From Octopus sinensis (lineage: Eukaryota): a stretch of 64,000 nucleotides of DNA. Made by a program: the position numbers and the translations under genes. The notes beneath the pieces are model-generated. The model did no database searches. It saw only the letters and a list, made by a program, of their open reading frames with translations, and was not told where the DNA came from. Every line of letters begins with the position of its first letter. Position 1 is the stretch's first letter. The DNA is taken from contig NC_043003.1 in assembly GCF_006345805.1 (NCBI RefSeq), forward strand, positions 89,714,001 to 89,778,000, given 5' to 3'. Below, piece by piece: positions 24,298-37,011 of the stretch.

Positions 24298-24679
24298 GAG
24301 TTTCTCAGTATGCTTGTCAGAGCGATTAATGCAGCAATAAAGAGTAGCAGAGGGAGTAAGCTAAGTATGAAACAAACATAAGCAAAAAAACCACCACCCA
24401 CCATTACCATCATTATTATTATAGTGAAGACACATGGCCTCGTGGTCAGGATGTTGTACTCACAATCATGAGATCGTGGCTTCACTTTCTTGAGCAAAAC
24501 ACTTCATCTTATGTTGCTCTGCAATCATACAAACACACACACACATATATATATATACGACAGGATTCCTTCAGTTTCCATCTACCAAAGCCAATCGTAA
24601 GACTTTGGTCGGCCCGAGGATATAGTAGAAGACACTTGCCCAAGGTTACATGTGATGGGACAGTATCCAGAAATATGAG

Positions 24680-26365
24680 GTGCTTTTTACGTGCCAGCTT
24701 GTTGCTCTGGCAACGATCACGCTCATATGGTAGCGGTCCACTAGCATGGATGCCAGTCATCGAATTTGATTTTGATTTCACTTGCCTCAACAGGTCTTCG
24801 CAAGCAGAGTTTAGTGTCCAATGAAGGAAAGGTACGCATAAGTGGATTGGTTACACCCCTAGCATAGGCCACGTGGTTATGGTCTCATTTGGCTTGCTGG
24901 GTCTTCTCAAGCACAGCATATTTCCAAAGGTCCCGGTAACTAGTCATTGCCTCAGTGAGGCCCAATGTTTGAAGGTCGTGCTTCACCACCTCATCCCAGG
25001 TCTTCCTGGGTCTCCCTCTTCCACAGGTTCCCTCAACTGCTAGGGTGTGGCACTTTTTCACACAGCTATCCACATCCATTCTCGCCACATGACCATACCA
25101 ACGCAGTCTCTCTTGCACACCACATCTGATGCTTCTTAGGTCCCACCTTTCTCTCAAGGTACTTACTCTGTCGAGTATGAACACTGACATTACACATCCA
25201 TCGAGGCATACTGGCTTCATTCCTTGTGAACTTACGCATGTCCTCAGCAGTCGCGGCCCATGTTTCACTGCCATGTAGCATGGCTGTTCGTACACATGCG
25301 TCATACAGTCTACCTTTTACTCTGAGCAAGAGGCCCTTTGTCACCAGCAGAGGTAAGAGCTCTCTGAACTTTGCCCAGGCTATTCTTATTCTAGCTGCTA
25401 CACTTTCAGCGCACCCTCCCCCGCTACTGACCTGGTCACCTAGGTAACGGAAGTTATCAACTACTTCTAGTTTTTCTCCCTGGAATGTGGCGGAAGTTGT
25501 TCTCTGCACATTTTCAATGTTTATTGCTCCTGAGCATCTACCACATGCAAAAACTATCTTCCTAGTTAGCCTTCCTTTGACGTTGCTGCACCTCTTATGT
25601 GTCCATAGCTTACACTGAGTACATCTTATAGAGTTTCTACCTACGCCTTTTCTACAGATCGAGCAGGGCCATCTACCTGAAGGGATTTGTGGCTTGCCTG
25701 CCTTCCTACTTAATAGGACTTTAGTTTTAGCTAGGTTTATTCTAAGGCCCTTCGATTCTTATCCTTGTTTCCACACTTGAAACTTCTCCTCTAGTTCTGA
25801 TAGTGACTCAGCAGTTAGAGCAAGGTCATCAGCATAAAGGAGCTCCCAGGGGCATCCTGTCTTGAATTCCTCCATTATTGCCTGGAGGACTATGATAATT
25901 AGGAGGGAGATGAGGACTGAACCTTGGTGGACCCCTACCTCTTCCCAGAATTCTTCACTGTACTTGTTGCCAATCGTCACCGTAATGTACAGCGTCCCTG
26001 TACATGGCTTGCAAGCTCTCACTAACCATTCATCTAACCCCAGTTTTCTCATTGACCACCAGATAAGGGATCAAGGGACCCTGTCAAAGGCTTTCTCCAT
26101 GTCAATGAAAGCCAGGTACAGAGGTTTATCTTTGGCTAGGTATTTCTCTTGCAGCTGTCTTACCAGAAATATAGCATCAGTGATGCTTTTCCCTGGCTTG
26201 AACCCAAATGCATCTTATCTAAACTGACTCTGTCACTAATTAGTTGGGCTATGACCCTCTCCTTGACCTTCATTACTTGATCCGACAACTTGATACCTCT
26301 GTAATTATTTGTATCTAAAGCGTCACCTTTACCTTTGTAGCAGTTGACTATTATGCTGCTACACA
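24680..26365 (-). mobile_element. Second, more decayed copy of the same RTE family, inverted
   Basis: ORF pieces nearly identical to the 21653-23629 protein (CYKGKGDALDTNNYRG, LLYADD, GRGRPRKTW), with frameshifts. Confidence 0.95.
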
Positions 26366-26366
26366 A

Positions 26367-27228
26367 AGCTCAATCATCCTCCTCCCCGACCAGACTGTAT
26401 GTTACCCTTAGGCACTGCTCCAGGTCCAGGTAGGGGCCCCAAAATGCAAATCTGAACATGTCCTTCAAGAAGGCGCCCATAACCCTGAACATACTGACAT
26501 CCATTATGATCTTTGTAGTCATCTGCGAAGGCCAATCCTCGTCCTCTGTCCAGGGCATGGGCTCCTCTCTCCGGTCATCCAGCTTCTCTACAAAGCTCTG
26601 TACTGCCCCTCCTTTCTGGAAGAAGATGACAATATCATCTTTCCTCCTTCTGGGAGGGGCAGCTGTTTATTCTGTCAGTGACACACATCCCACCGACAAA
26701 GTTTCCGGGCATGCCTGCAGTTCACCATCAACTGCCGGCAATGTCCCATTCTTCTTTTTTCGTTTCCGCTTTATCTTTACGATGGGAGGATGGAGTTCCT
26801 CCGTCTTGTCTGGAATCCTTCCATTCCTCCCACAGCCTCAGGATCCATTGAAGGGCAACCATTGTTGCCCACCTTCTTTCTTTTTCGATGGGGTTACCTC
26901 CCCCTTGCCTTCCTCCCTCCCTCCCCCTCCAATGGGGAAGCAGCAGGCTCTTCTATTAACTGTTCCAGGACCTTTGCTTGGTCCCGGTGGCAATTCCTCT
27001 TAATGTGGCCCAATTCCAAGCACAGGTGACACTTGACGGGGTGGGGGCGTCCCTCAAAGATCACTGGGTACCTGGAATCGGCCATTCTTAAAAAATCTGG
27101 CAAAACCAGATCATCGGCTGATTGGGTCCATAGGGTCGAAATTGCTTTTGACTCCACCCAATCAGCCGCAGGGAGAATTCTGACATTCAAGAGCCTGGCA
27201 GTGCTACCACCAAGACCCCAAAGTAGCT
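26367..27228 (-). mobile_element. Second ORF1-only family copy, 3' half of ORF1
   Basis: GLGGSTARLLNVRILPAADW..YPVIFEGRP..KCHLCLELGHIKRNC..LVGEEDD*; homologous to 19232-20045. Confidence 0.85.
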
Positions 27229-27232
27229 TGCG

Positions 27233-28161
27233 TACTTCAGTACAGTGGATGCATTTTTTCGTGGTGGAAGTCATGTTGGTGTGTCTCAGTGTCATGAAAT
27301 AGTGAAGCATGACTACTAAGTATATCTGTTTTTTGGGACCTAGTGGGGGTCTGTTGCTCGTATTATTTATTTTTTGTTGAACAAGAGGTCTCCACTGGGT
27401 TCCATGCATATGTCTGCTAGTGGTCATGCTTAAAGCCTCACTTAGTTGTGAGAAGTTTTTGGTGGGGAGGCGTATCCCTCCTGAAAATTGTGTTATTTTA
27501 ACTGCTATTTTTGACTGGTATTTCTGACTGTTTTTGTGCCCATGGATTACCATTTTGGCCAGTAAATTTACTGTTTTTGTGCCTCACTTAATTGTGAGAA
27601 ACCAAAATCGAAATTTTGTGCTGTGACAGTACACTGTGGATTACCTGAGTAGCAGAATTGTGTTGCCATTTGAACTGTCTTCCTTCGTTCTGTTTCTCTT
27701 CTCTGTCTTTCCATTCTTTTTTTTTTGTGTGTTTATTATTGACTTTAATTTGTATTTTTGAACTTTTGTACATTTTATTTATTTTTGTCAATATGGCAAC
27801 AAAAAATACTGTTTTGGAGTGGCAAATAGTGGCCCCAAAACAGTGGTTGCAAAATTTTTCTGAGAGAACAGTGGTGTTAAGAACCTATTCTAAGGTTCTT
27901 GACACCATCACTGTGTTCTCACAGACTGATATTGAAAAAGAGTTGGCAGATTACCTGTCAAAGATTAAGTTTATCCAAAGGGGTGTTAAATATGCAACAG
28001 TGTGTGTGTTGTTTGACACCCCTGTGGAGACTTGGGATTTCGCGAGCTGACCTTTGGAAGGGGAGAAAATTTTGTTTCTCCCCACTTATGTAGGGAGGAG
28101 ACTGACAAGAGCTTGGGTATGTGGGCTGCCACCTGGTATAGAGCCCGAATGGTTAGAAGAC
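27233..28161 (+). mobile_element. Second ORF1-only family copy, inverted 5' half (5' UTR plus ORF1 N-terminus from 27792)
   Basis: MATKNTVLEWQIVAPKQWL..LRTYS..ELADYLSKIKFIQRGVKY..LPPGIEPEWLED; 5' UTR similar to 21337-21050 read on the minus strand. Confidence 0.85.
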
Positions 28162-28439
28162 ATTTAATTAAGAATTAAATGTGAATTACGCCTAAAAAAA
28201 TATATATAAATGAAAAATATATACGAATGCGGAAAAAATATATACTAATGTATTATATACATGCGTAATTCACATTTACTTCTTAATTTAATTATGGCTT
28301 AAACTGCAGGATTCAATGAATTTACTTACACATCTATATGTTTTGATATACTAGGAATTTATTTATACATCTGTTTAGTTTGATATACTTTTAAGTTGGA
28401 ATATATAATGGTAAAGTTATAAACGGGTGATAGGTGGAC

Positions 28440-28932
28440 CTGCAGATTGGGGTTGTATATAAGGGGAGGCTTTGTAAGAGATTGCATGTCTCAAGAAGAG
28501 AGTATACAATCTCATGAAACACGTGTAGTCGACAACTTTGAACATGAATAGTAAGTATTAAATATAATATTCTATGACATGGTTGAATTCATATTCTGAT
28601 TTGATGAATTTATGGGGATTTCTATCTCTAATGACATACATACATTGTTTAATGTCCACTTTCCATGCTAAATGATGATAATGATGATGTATATTCATAT
28701 ATATATATATACACACACACATTATATATATATATATATGTGTGTGTGTAAACCACATGTGACTTGGCGATTTTCTTCCTCCATCTTCTGTTCTTTTGGA
28801 CTTTCCTCTATTTCTGAAGAAGAGGTTTGTTTGAAACATCAAATCTCTTTCCTTTCCTGAGCGTCTGATAATACATTACTTGTACCATGTCCTTGTGTTG
28901 TTGTTTTCATGTTTGTTCTTCTTTGTTTGGAT

Positions 28933-28940
<8 letters not shown>
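28440..28940 (+). mobile_element. Penelope-like pseudo-LTR remnants with two hammerhead-like motifs
   Basis: CTCAAGAAGAG..CTC-ATGAAACACGTGTA (~28490-28527) and ATTT-CTGAAGAAGAGGTTTGTTTGAAACATC-AAAT (28810-28844). Confidence 0.45.
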
Positions 28941-28968
<28 letters not shown>

Positions 28969-29009
28969 TTAAAATAAGAGAAATAAATACAAGTTAAAAA
29001 GTTTTTTTT

Positions 29010-31195
29010 AAATAGATGAGGAGTGGATAGAGCTCCTCTGCTTTCCCCAAGCCATGGTGAATGCAGTCTATCTAGAAGAAAGTAACTCTGAATTTGAATA
29101 CTTCACTCCTGTCTTGTAGTTAGCCTTTGGCTGGGCAAAGATTGGGAGAAGGACACTGATATAAAAAAATGCGACTGCAAATGCACCCAATGATGTCGAC
29201 TTGCTCTTCTTTTTTGACTTGACTTGAGTCAGCATTCACCTGGGGTGGGTTGAGCTGGCTTCGTTCATCCTCAATGCTGCATCTCTCACAAACGCCGACC
29301 AAACCTGGCGATTTGAGGCTAACGACCGCGTGATCTCCAACCACTCCTTATTCCAGCGGCAAATGCCATAGATATGGGGGGCCTAGGTTGGGTTCCAGAT
29401 CAGCCTTGACTGTCATCAGCCAGGTTTTTTGTTGTCCACCACATTGCTTTCACCAACCCTGAAGGGGAGCTGGGGCAATTGTTTTGTAGATGAATTTTCC
29501 TGGTTGACAATGGAGGCATGACCCAGTCAATGCAGACGTCTCGTTAGGATGACTTGGAGGGAGGTGATTCTGCACTGCATGTAGTCATTCGGATCGTTTA
29601 ATGTCTTTAAGGCTGCCATTAAGAAAATCACCAGTGCACTTCTTTTTGGATCATGCTTTGTAGTTTAGAGAGTGGGAATGGTTACTGTGCAAAACTTGTC
29701 CTCACTTTAAAAAGGTGTCAAGCACAGTTATTGCTGGGGAGGAAAAAGAAATGGACATCTTGTATGTACATGGCTGGCTGAAGCTTAAAAAGGCACACCT
29801 AAACGCTGAAAGTTCATATTAATAATGAAGTAAATGGCAAAAAGGACTCTGGAACATTTTGTTCTGTGATCTGGCCTGACAGGTGTCCCAGGGTACCACA
29901 GCCTGTATCCAGTCATCATCCTGCAACTATGAGTAAATTCAAGTTAAGATGCAAGCCTACGAATATAGGATGTTGGAATGTTCAAACATTATTAGACAAT
30001 AATTGTGTGAAATCTTGTCCGGAGAGAAGATCCATGCTTGTTTCAAAAGAGTTACAGCGATATGATATGGATGTTGTAGCATTAGCTGAAACAAGAATTC
30101 ATGGAAAGGGGAATTTTGTAGACAAACTGCTGGATCTCATTTAATTTGGAGTGGTAGAGAGGGGACCTATAAGAGAGAATCAGGAGTGGGATTTGCTATC
30201 AAAACCAATCTGGCTTCAAAACTTGAGGAACTATCATGTAGTCATTCGGATTGTTTAATGTGTTTAAGGCTGCCATTAAGAAAAGGTCGCTATGCAACAC
30301 TCATAAGTGTATATGATCCAACTATGAAATTATCAGAGGATGATAAACTTGCCTTCTATCTGTCACTTATAGAGATTATACGCAATATCCTCCATGATGA
30401 CAAAGTTGTCATTTTGGGTGATTTTAATGCTTGTGTTGGTGTAGATTGGGAGACATGAAGTGTCCTGGGAAAGCATGGGGTTGGGAGTTCCAACAGTAAT
30501 GGATTGCTACTATTACGAATATGCATAGAAATGGATTTGTGTGTCATGAATACAATGTTTCAACTAAAGAATAGGTATAAAATGACATGGATGCACCATG
30601 TTTCTAAGAAATGACATCTTATATATTACATCCTCACCAGGAAACGAGATACTAGAGACTTTGCTATAGAACAAGTAATGCGTGGAGCAGAGTGCTGGAC
30701 TGATCATAGGCTTTTGTGTGCCAAGGTGAATTCTGTCAAGCCTAATGTCAAATTACCTAAATGGATTGATGTGAATAAACTTAAGATTCTGTCAGTACGC
30801 AGTGAGTTTGTGAGTGAGATAAATAATTTGTCCTATGATGGAAGCTGGAAGTCATTCGAAGAAAGAGTGTATGAGATTTGTAGTAACATTCTTGGCTTTG
30901 TTGTGAAAAAACACCAAAATTGGTTTGATGATAATGATGAAGAAGTTAATCTTATCTTAGAGAAGAAGTGAAAAGCATTTAATATGTTGCAAAATGTTGA
31001 CATGTCAATGAACAGGACAGTGGCTACATATTTCAAGGCTGTAAATGCAACAGTGCAGAGGAAGCTACGGACGAGATAGGAAAATTGGTGGAGTGATAGA
31101 TGTGATGAAATCCAAGAAGCCTCAAATGCCAACAATTCCAAACTTTTTTACTCTCTCTTGAAAAAAGTTTATGGACCAGTTTCATCAAATGCCTG
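29010..31195 (+). mobile_element. RTE (BovB-like) LINE 5' part: long 5' UTR plus decayed AP-endonuclease
   Basis: IGCWNVQTLLD..PERRS..ELQRYDMDVVALAETR, GVGFAIK, ILGDFNA, ECWTDHRLL, HQNWFDDND; RTE-type UTR motif GCAGTC..AGAAGAAAGTAACTCTGAATT at ~29063. Confidence 0.88.
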
Positions 31196-33354
31196 CACTC
31201 ATTTTCATATATGCACGTACATAAACCATTATATGCATCCCCTATATATATGTGTTTGTGTGTGTGTATGCACATAGACACACATACATGGACAAACAGA
31301 TGCATGCCTACACCAACAGATATACATCTATACACACAAACTGTTTATATATATGTTCACACATGCAGGCACTCGCAGTCATTCATGCAGACACACACAT
31401 ATAGACACACAGGCATACAATCACATATACACTCATAAGTATACACAGTCATACACATATTATACACATCAGTATACATTTATATGAATATTTTAATTAT
31501 ACATATAAGTATATATGTTCATCCACCCATGGCTATTCATTCAAACAATTGGTAGCCTATCAGTTGTTGTGTGTAGTTGTATGCATAGATACATGAGAGT
31601 TTGCATACAGTGAGATACATTAAGCTCAAACAATAAGGACATGGTCAACATATATGCATTCATTGATTAGACAGTTAACAACCTCTATTGTGAAAAATAT
31701 ACAAACTTTAGTTTAAGTTTGCATACATTCTGTCTTGTGGAGCATCCACTGATCATCTGTTCATCGTTTACTAAATAGTATATGGTGACATGCTTAAATA
31801 CATGTAAATTTGCATACAATTAGCTACAATATCAACTTCATACAACACAGTAGGTTTTTCTAAGTAAATATACAGTACATATAACATTTATACTGGTGTA
31901 TTTCCACTAGAGGAGAGATTTGGTTAGCTGACTATTATTCTACATAATCCTTAATTAATTGCTTAATTACCTCTATTATATTGTGAAAATGTGATTTCAG
32001 CTTGTGTCTGCATCTTATTATTCTTTCTGAAAATTTGTTAATAGCCTTTCATCACTCAACAATATGCATAATGATTCCTCTTAACATAACCTGCACTTCT
32101 AAGAGAGGGCATCATATAGATGTGCATACTTTATTATTGACCAATTCAAGGTATATTTTACCCCATCCTCTTTTAATTTCCACATAAGGTCAGCTGATGA
32201 TGTTGAATACCTCTTATCAACCCCATTGAAACTGGCGATGTGATTTTGATATTAATTTTTTAGAAATCAGCTGATGCTCCTATATAGACATATGGGCTTC
32301 TTCTTGTGTTCACTTTGTATATCACATTCCGACACATACATAGGTTCTGCAAAGGACATTGTGTTTAGTCCCTGCATGTACATTTGTTGTTTTGTGTATT
32401 ATTATGCTTGTTATCCTCTTTTTTTCTCCTATTTTTGGTTTTTGTTGTCATTTTCTCTTTTATTATGTGGCCCTAACTGGTTGTTGTTAAATCGATTACT
32501 ACTGTAATTCATGTACTTAGCATTGGAATTTTCCATATATTTACTGTTGGTGGTATTTACACTGTGCCTATTTATGCTCTTGGTTTTATTGTAGCTACTG
32601 GAGACTTGATAGCTTATTCCTTCCTTATTTTCTGAGTCTTGGGTGGAAAAACTGACTGGTGTCTGGTGGCATTATTTAACCCCTGTGCTTGTCTCCCTTC
32701 TATGGCACTCTATAGTGATAGTTATTAATAGTATTAATATTAGCACTGTTGCATTGCTCAAAGGCTGACTCTTTACATTCATTTTTGTCATTCATTTGCA
32801 GGGGAGTAGTGATGTTGACTGATTTAACTATATTATGTGCCTAGTTATTATTTTTTAATAAAAGCATAGAGGCTAGGTCATCACTGGCAGGATTTCAATT
32901 CAGAATATAAACTATACTAGAGTGTTACCCATCATACAATGGGTAACTTTGAAAGTGTACTTTTGCCAACATTTGTATTGGCTATTATCAAATAGATATA
33001 CTGCAAGGCATTTAATTTGACACTTTTGTTTCTGCCATCTTTTTCCAACAGGATATCCTTTTAGTAAGAATTGTAAAATAAAAAAGTAAAAGAACCCAAA
33101 AAGCAAATATTTCAGGCATAAAATAAAAAAGTGAATTAATCTTATCACTAAACAAATCACATGAGACATGTGAAAGACAAAGAGATAAAGGAGGAATTAA
33201 TTTTATGTCTATTTTGTAAATGCTACAGAAGTTATAGTGAATGGTACAAGTTCATAAATGTTAAAGATACAATATCATGAAAGAATAAAACAAGTAATAT
33301 TATATCTTATTCATCATCATCATCATCATCATCGCCATCAGTTTTATTATTATT

Positions 33355-35165
33355 AATGCAGTGAGTTGGCAGAATCATTAATGCATCGGACAAAATACTT
33401 AGTTGCGTTTCTTCTTGCCCTTTATGTTCTTAGTTCAAATCCTGTTGACTTTGCATTACATCCTTTTAGGATTGATAAAATAGTACCAGTTAAGTACCAA
33501 AGCTGATGAAATCAGCTTATCCCATTCCTAAAATTACTGGCCTTGTGCTAAAATTTGAAAGAACTTATTATTATTATTAAAGCAGTGAGCTGGCAGAATC
33601 GTTACCACACCAAGCAAAATGCTTAGCAGTATTTTGCCCATCTTTACATTCTGAGTTCAAATTCCACTGAAACTAACTTTGCCTTTCATCCTTTCAGGGT
33701 CAATAAATTAAGTACCAGTGAAACACTGGTGGTGATGTAATCAACTTCCCCACAAATATCAGGCTTTGTGCCTATAGTAGAAAGGGTTATTATTATTAGT
33801 TGTAAGGTGGCAAGTTGGCATAATCATTAGCATGTTGCAGAAAATGCTTAGTTGCCTTTTTTCCAGCCTTTTAATTTCTGAATTTAAGTTCCACCAAGGT
33901 TGCCTTTCAACATTTTTTTGGTGGGGTTGGGGTGTCAATAATATAAGTTCCAGCTGAGCACCGGAGTCAGTGTAATTATCTCACTCCTCTCTCAAAATTC
34001 CAAGCCTTGTGCCTATGTTAGAAAAAATTATTTTGGTGAGCTGGCAGAAATGTTAGCACATTATGCAAAATTCTTAGTAGCATTTTCTTCTAGATATGTC
34101 CCGAGTTCAAATTATATCAATGTAAGAACCAGTCAAGAACTGAGGTCAATGTAATTGACTATTACCTTTCTCAAAATTTCAGGTCTTGTGCCTTTAGTAG
34201 AAAGAACTATTATAGTTATTAAGAAGGCAAGCTAGGATGATCATTAGTGCATTGGATAAAATGCTTAGCTGCATTTCTTCCAGCTTTTTACATTCTGAGT
34301 TCAAGAGCTACCAAGGTCAGCTTTGCCTTTTATCCTTTCAGGGTCGATAAAATAAGTACTAGTTGAGCACTAATGGCACATTGTCGGTTATGACAACAAG
34401 CGTTTCAGTTGATCTGATCAATGGAACAGCCTGCTTGGGAAATTAATGTGCAAGTGGCTGAGCACTCCACAGACACATGTACACTTAACATAGTTCTCAG
34501 GGAGATTGAATGTGACACAGAATGTGACAAGGATTACCAATACATTTCCCAACTGAGTGGACTGGAGTAACCTAAAAATGAAATGTCTTGCTCAAGGAGA
34601 CAATGTGCTACCAGGAATTGAACTCACAACCTTAAAATTGTGTACCAAATACCCTAACCACTTAGTCATATACTTTCATTATTTAGGACTAGGATCAATG
34701 TAATTGAATAGTCCCTTCTCCCAAAATTTTAGGCTTTGTGCGAATAGAAAAATTTATTATTACTCCTTTAGCATTTAAGCCAGCAATATCTGGCCAAAAT
34801 TATTCTCCGTTTTGTGTTCAAACAGGATGGATCTGATCTTTTACATTTACCCTACAATGTCATTCTACAAAAAAACAATCACATCATCAAAATCTCTTAG
34901 CTACAAATAATAGCTGATTAATTCAAAACAATGTGAATAGACAAGCATTTGACAGAAATAATCTGAATGCTAAAGAGTTAAAGCATCAAGCTGGTAGAAT
35001 TTTTAGCATGTTAAAGACTAGCTGTATTTCTTTCAGCTCTTCATGTCACTGAGATCAACTTCTCTTTCTTTTGCAATCAATAACATAAGTGCTAGCAAAG
35101 TACTGGAGTGGATCTAATTGACTTATCCTAAAACTGCTGGCCTTGTGCTAAAATTTGAAATCATT
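33355..35165 (+). mobile_element. Head-to-tail cluster of about six copies of a second tRNA-derived (Nin-domain-like) SINE, with nested insertions
   Basis: Repeated GGCAGAATC.TTAGCA..AAAATGCTTAG..GAGTTCAAAT..GCCTTTCATCCTTTC.GGGTC.ATAAA.TAAGTACCAG units, separated by (ATT)n. Confidence 0.85.
34765..34981. mobile_element. TTAA-type MITE (family B)
   Basis: CTTTAGCATT..AATGCTAAAG terminal inverted repeats; inverted homolog at 59890-60105. Confidence 0.6.
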
Positions 35166-35239
35166 ATATCATTCTGCTTTTCCTGTCATTTCTGTGTATT
35201 ATGCTTATGCCATCATAAGAAATTATAACTTGAATGAAG

Positions 35240-35242
<3 letters not shown>

Positions 35243-35292
<50 letters not shown>
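35243..35292. repeat. (GA)n microsatellite
   Basis: Seen directly. Confidence 0.98.
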
Positions 35293-35297
<5 letters not shown>

Positions 35298-36459
35298 GGA
35301 GGGGGGAGAAAGCATGACAAAGACAAGAATGGAAAGGGAATAGTTGAACCAGTGTTAAATACGAAAGAGAGACAGACTGGAAATTCTTTTATTCTTTCAC
35401 TTGTTTCAGTCATTTGGACTGGCCATGCTGGAGTACTACATAACAGAACAATGTCATGAAGATCTATAAATTTATGCTTTAATAGGTATTGATAGGTATC
35501 TTTTATCTTTTACTTGTTTTAGTCATTAGACTGCAGCCATGCTGGGGCGCCACCTTGAAGAATTTTAGTCAAATGACTCAACCCCAGTACTTTTTAATAA
35601 ATCCTGGTACTTATTCTATTGTTGAATTACTAAGTTATGGGGATGCAAACACACCAACACTGGTTGTCAAGCAGTGATGGGGAGACAAACACAAAGACAC
35701 ACATGCAGATATATACATGGGCTTCTTTCAGTTTCCATCTACCAAATCCACTCACAAGGCTGAAAGTGCCACGCAGTGGGACTAAACTTGAAACAAAGTA
35801 GTTGAGAAGCAGGCTTCTTGCCACACAACCATGCCAGTACCTAGTTAAATTAACGTGAAATAAACTTAGCAAAAAGCTGTGGAAGATGCATTTTTATATT
35901 TTACATGTTCAGACCAAACCCTGTGGCCATGTTGAGGCAATCTTGTTATTTTTATTTATTATTTTTTTTTGTGGGGTTTAAATGCTTATTGGTATTATGA
36001 AAGTGAACATACATTCATCAGCAAAATGGAAAGTAGATATGATAGTTACTTAGGCAGACAGGCAGACAGTGTAGGTAGGTGAGCTTGCTAATACATAAAA
36101 CAATTATGCAAATAAAAAGGTATATTAATAGATACACAAAACAGATAGATCGCTGAAGTGAAGTGAAATGAAAATATTCTCTATTAGTAAAGAACTTAGA
36201 CTGAGCTTGTTGGTGGTTGGACAGTGAACAGTGTACGTTTTTTACATATTTTTATTTTTTAAAATTCCCTCAATGCATTTGCTGTAATGCAATTAATTAT
36301 CATCTGCTCAATCAAAACATTTGTTTATAAAATATGAACAATGATAGACGACATTAGCTAAAACGAGAAAGAATGAAAAAGATTATTTTTCAAAAAATAA
36401 ACGTACTACATACAGGATGTAGTACATCCTACAGGTAGTAATTGCATTGAAGACAGTTC

Positions 36460-36839
36460 AACAACAAGTGCACTAGAAGGAACATGCTTCCTAATACCTT
36501 GCATGAAGCTGGCTCCAAATGACTCCAACCATTTCATTTTGGAACGAGTTCAGTTCCCTGTAAGGCTGCCCTACTCTTGGACAATACATAAGGTACAGGG
36601 ACACACATTTGACAAAATTGTAAATAATAAACATTTAATTAATATATATAAGTTTTATCTTTTTAATTTGTCTTTTATTTCTTTAAGCTATAAAGCACAT
36701 CATATCTGTCAAATGTATTACAAGGAGGTATATAAATGGTAGGATATCAAAAGAATTTTTAGCAATTCCTTGCTTGTGTTTAATAACATATTTTCCAATG
36801 TGCCAACTTATACCATGGAATTTCCATGGGTCCTGCTAG
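36460..36839 (+). mobile_element. Helitron 3' end with PIF1-like helicase remnant (5' boundary uncertain)
   Basis: LIPCMKLAPND..ERVQFPVRLPYSWTIHKVQGHTFDKI; subterminal hairpin CCATGGAATTTCCATGG (36813-36829), then CTAG|T. Confidence 0.85.
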
Positions 36840-37011
36840 TTATTATTATTACCATTCTTTAGAGTGGTGAGGTAGAATCATTACGGCATTTCTTCTGGCT
36901 CTTCACATTCTGAGTTCAAATCCCACTGATTTTAACTTTCCCTTTCTTCCTTTCAAGGTTAATAAAAGAAAGTGCCAGTTAAATACTTGGGTCAATGGTA
37001 TTGATTACACT

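Noticed and set aside
33355-35165. CRISPR-like or satellite array
   Set aside because: Units are ~200-bp SINE copies with Pol III boxes in eukaryotic DNA; no repeat-spacer structure.
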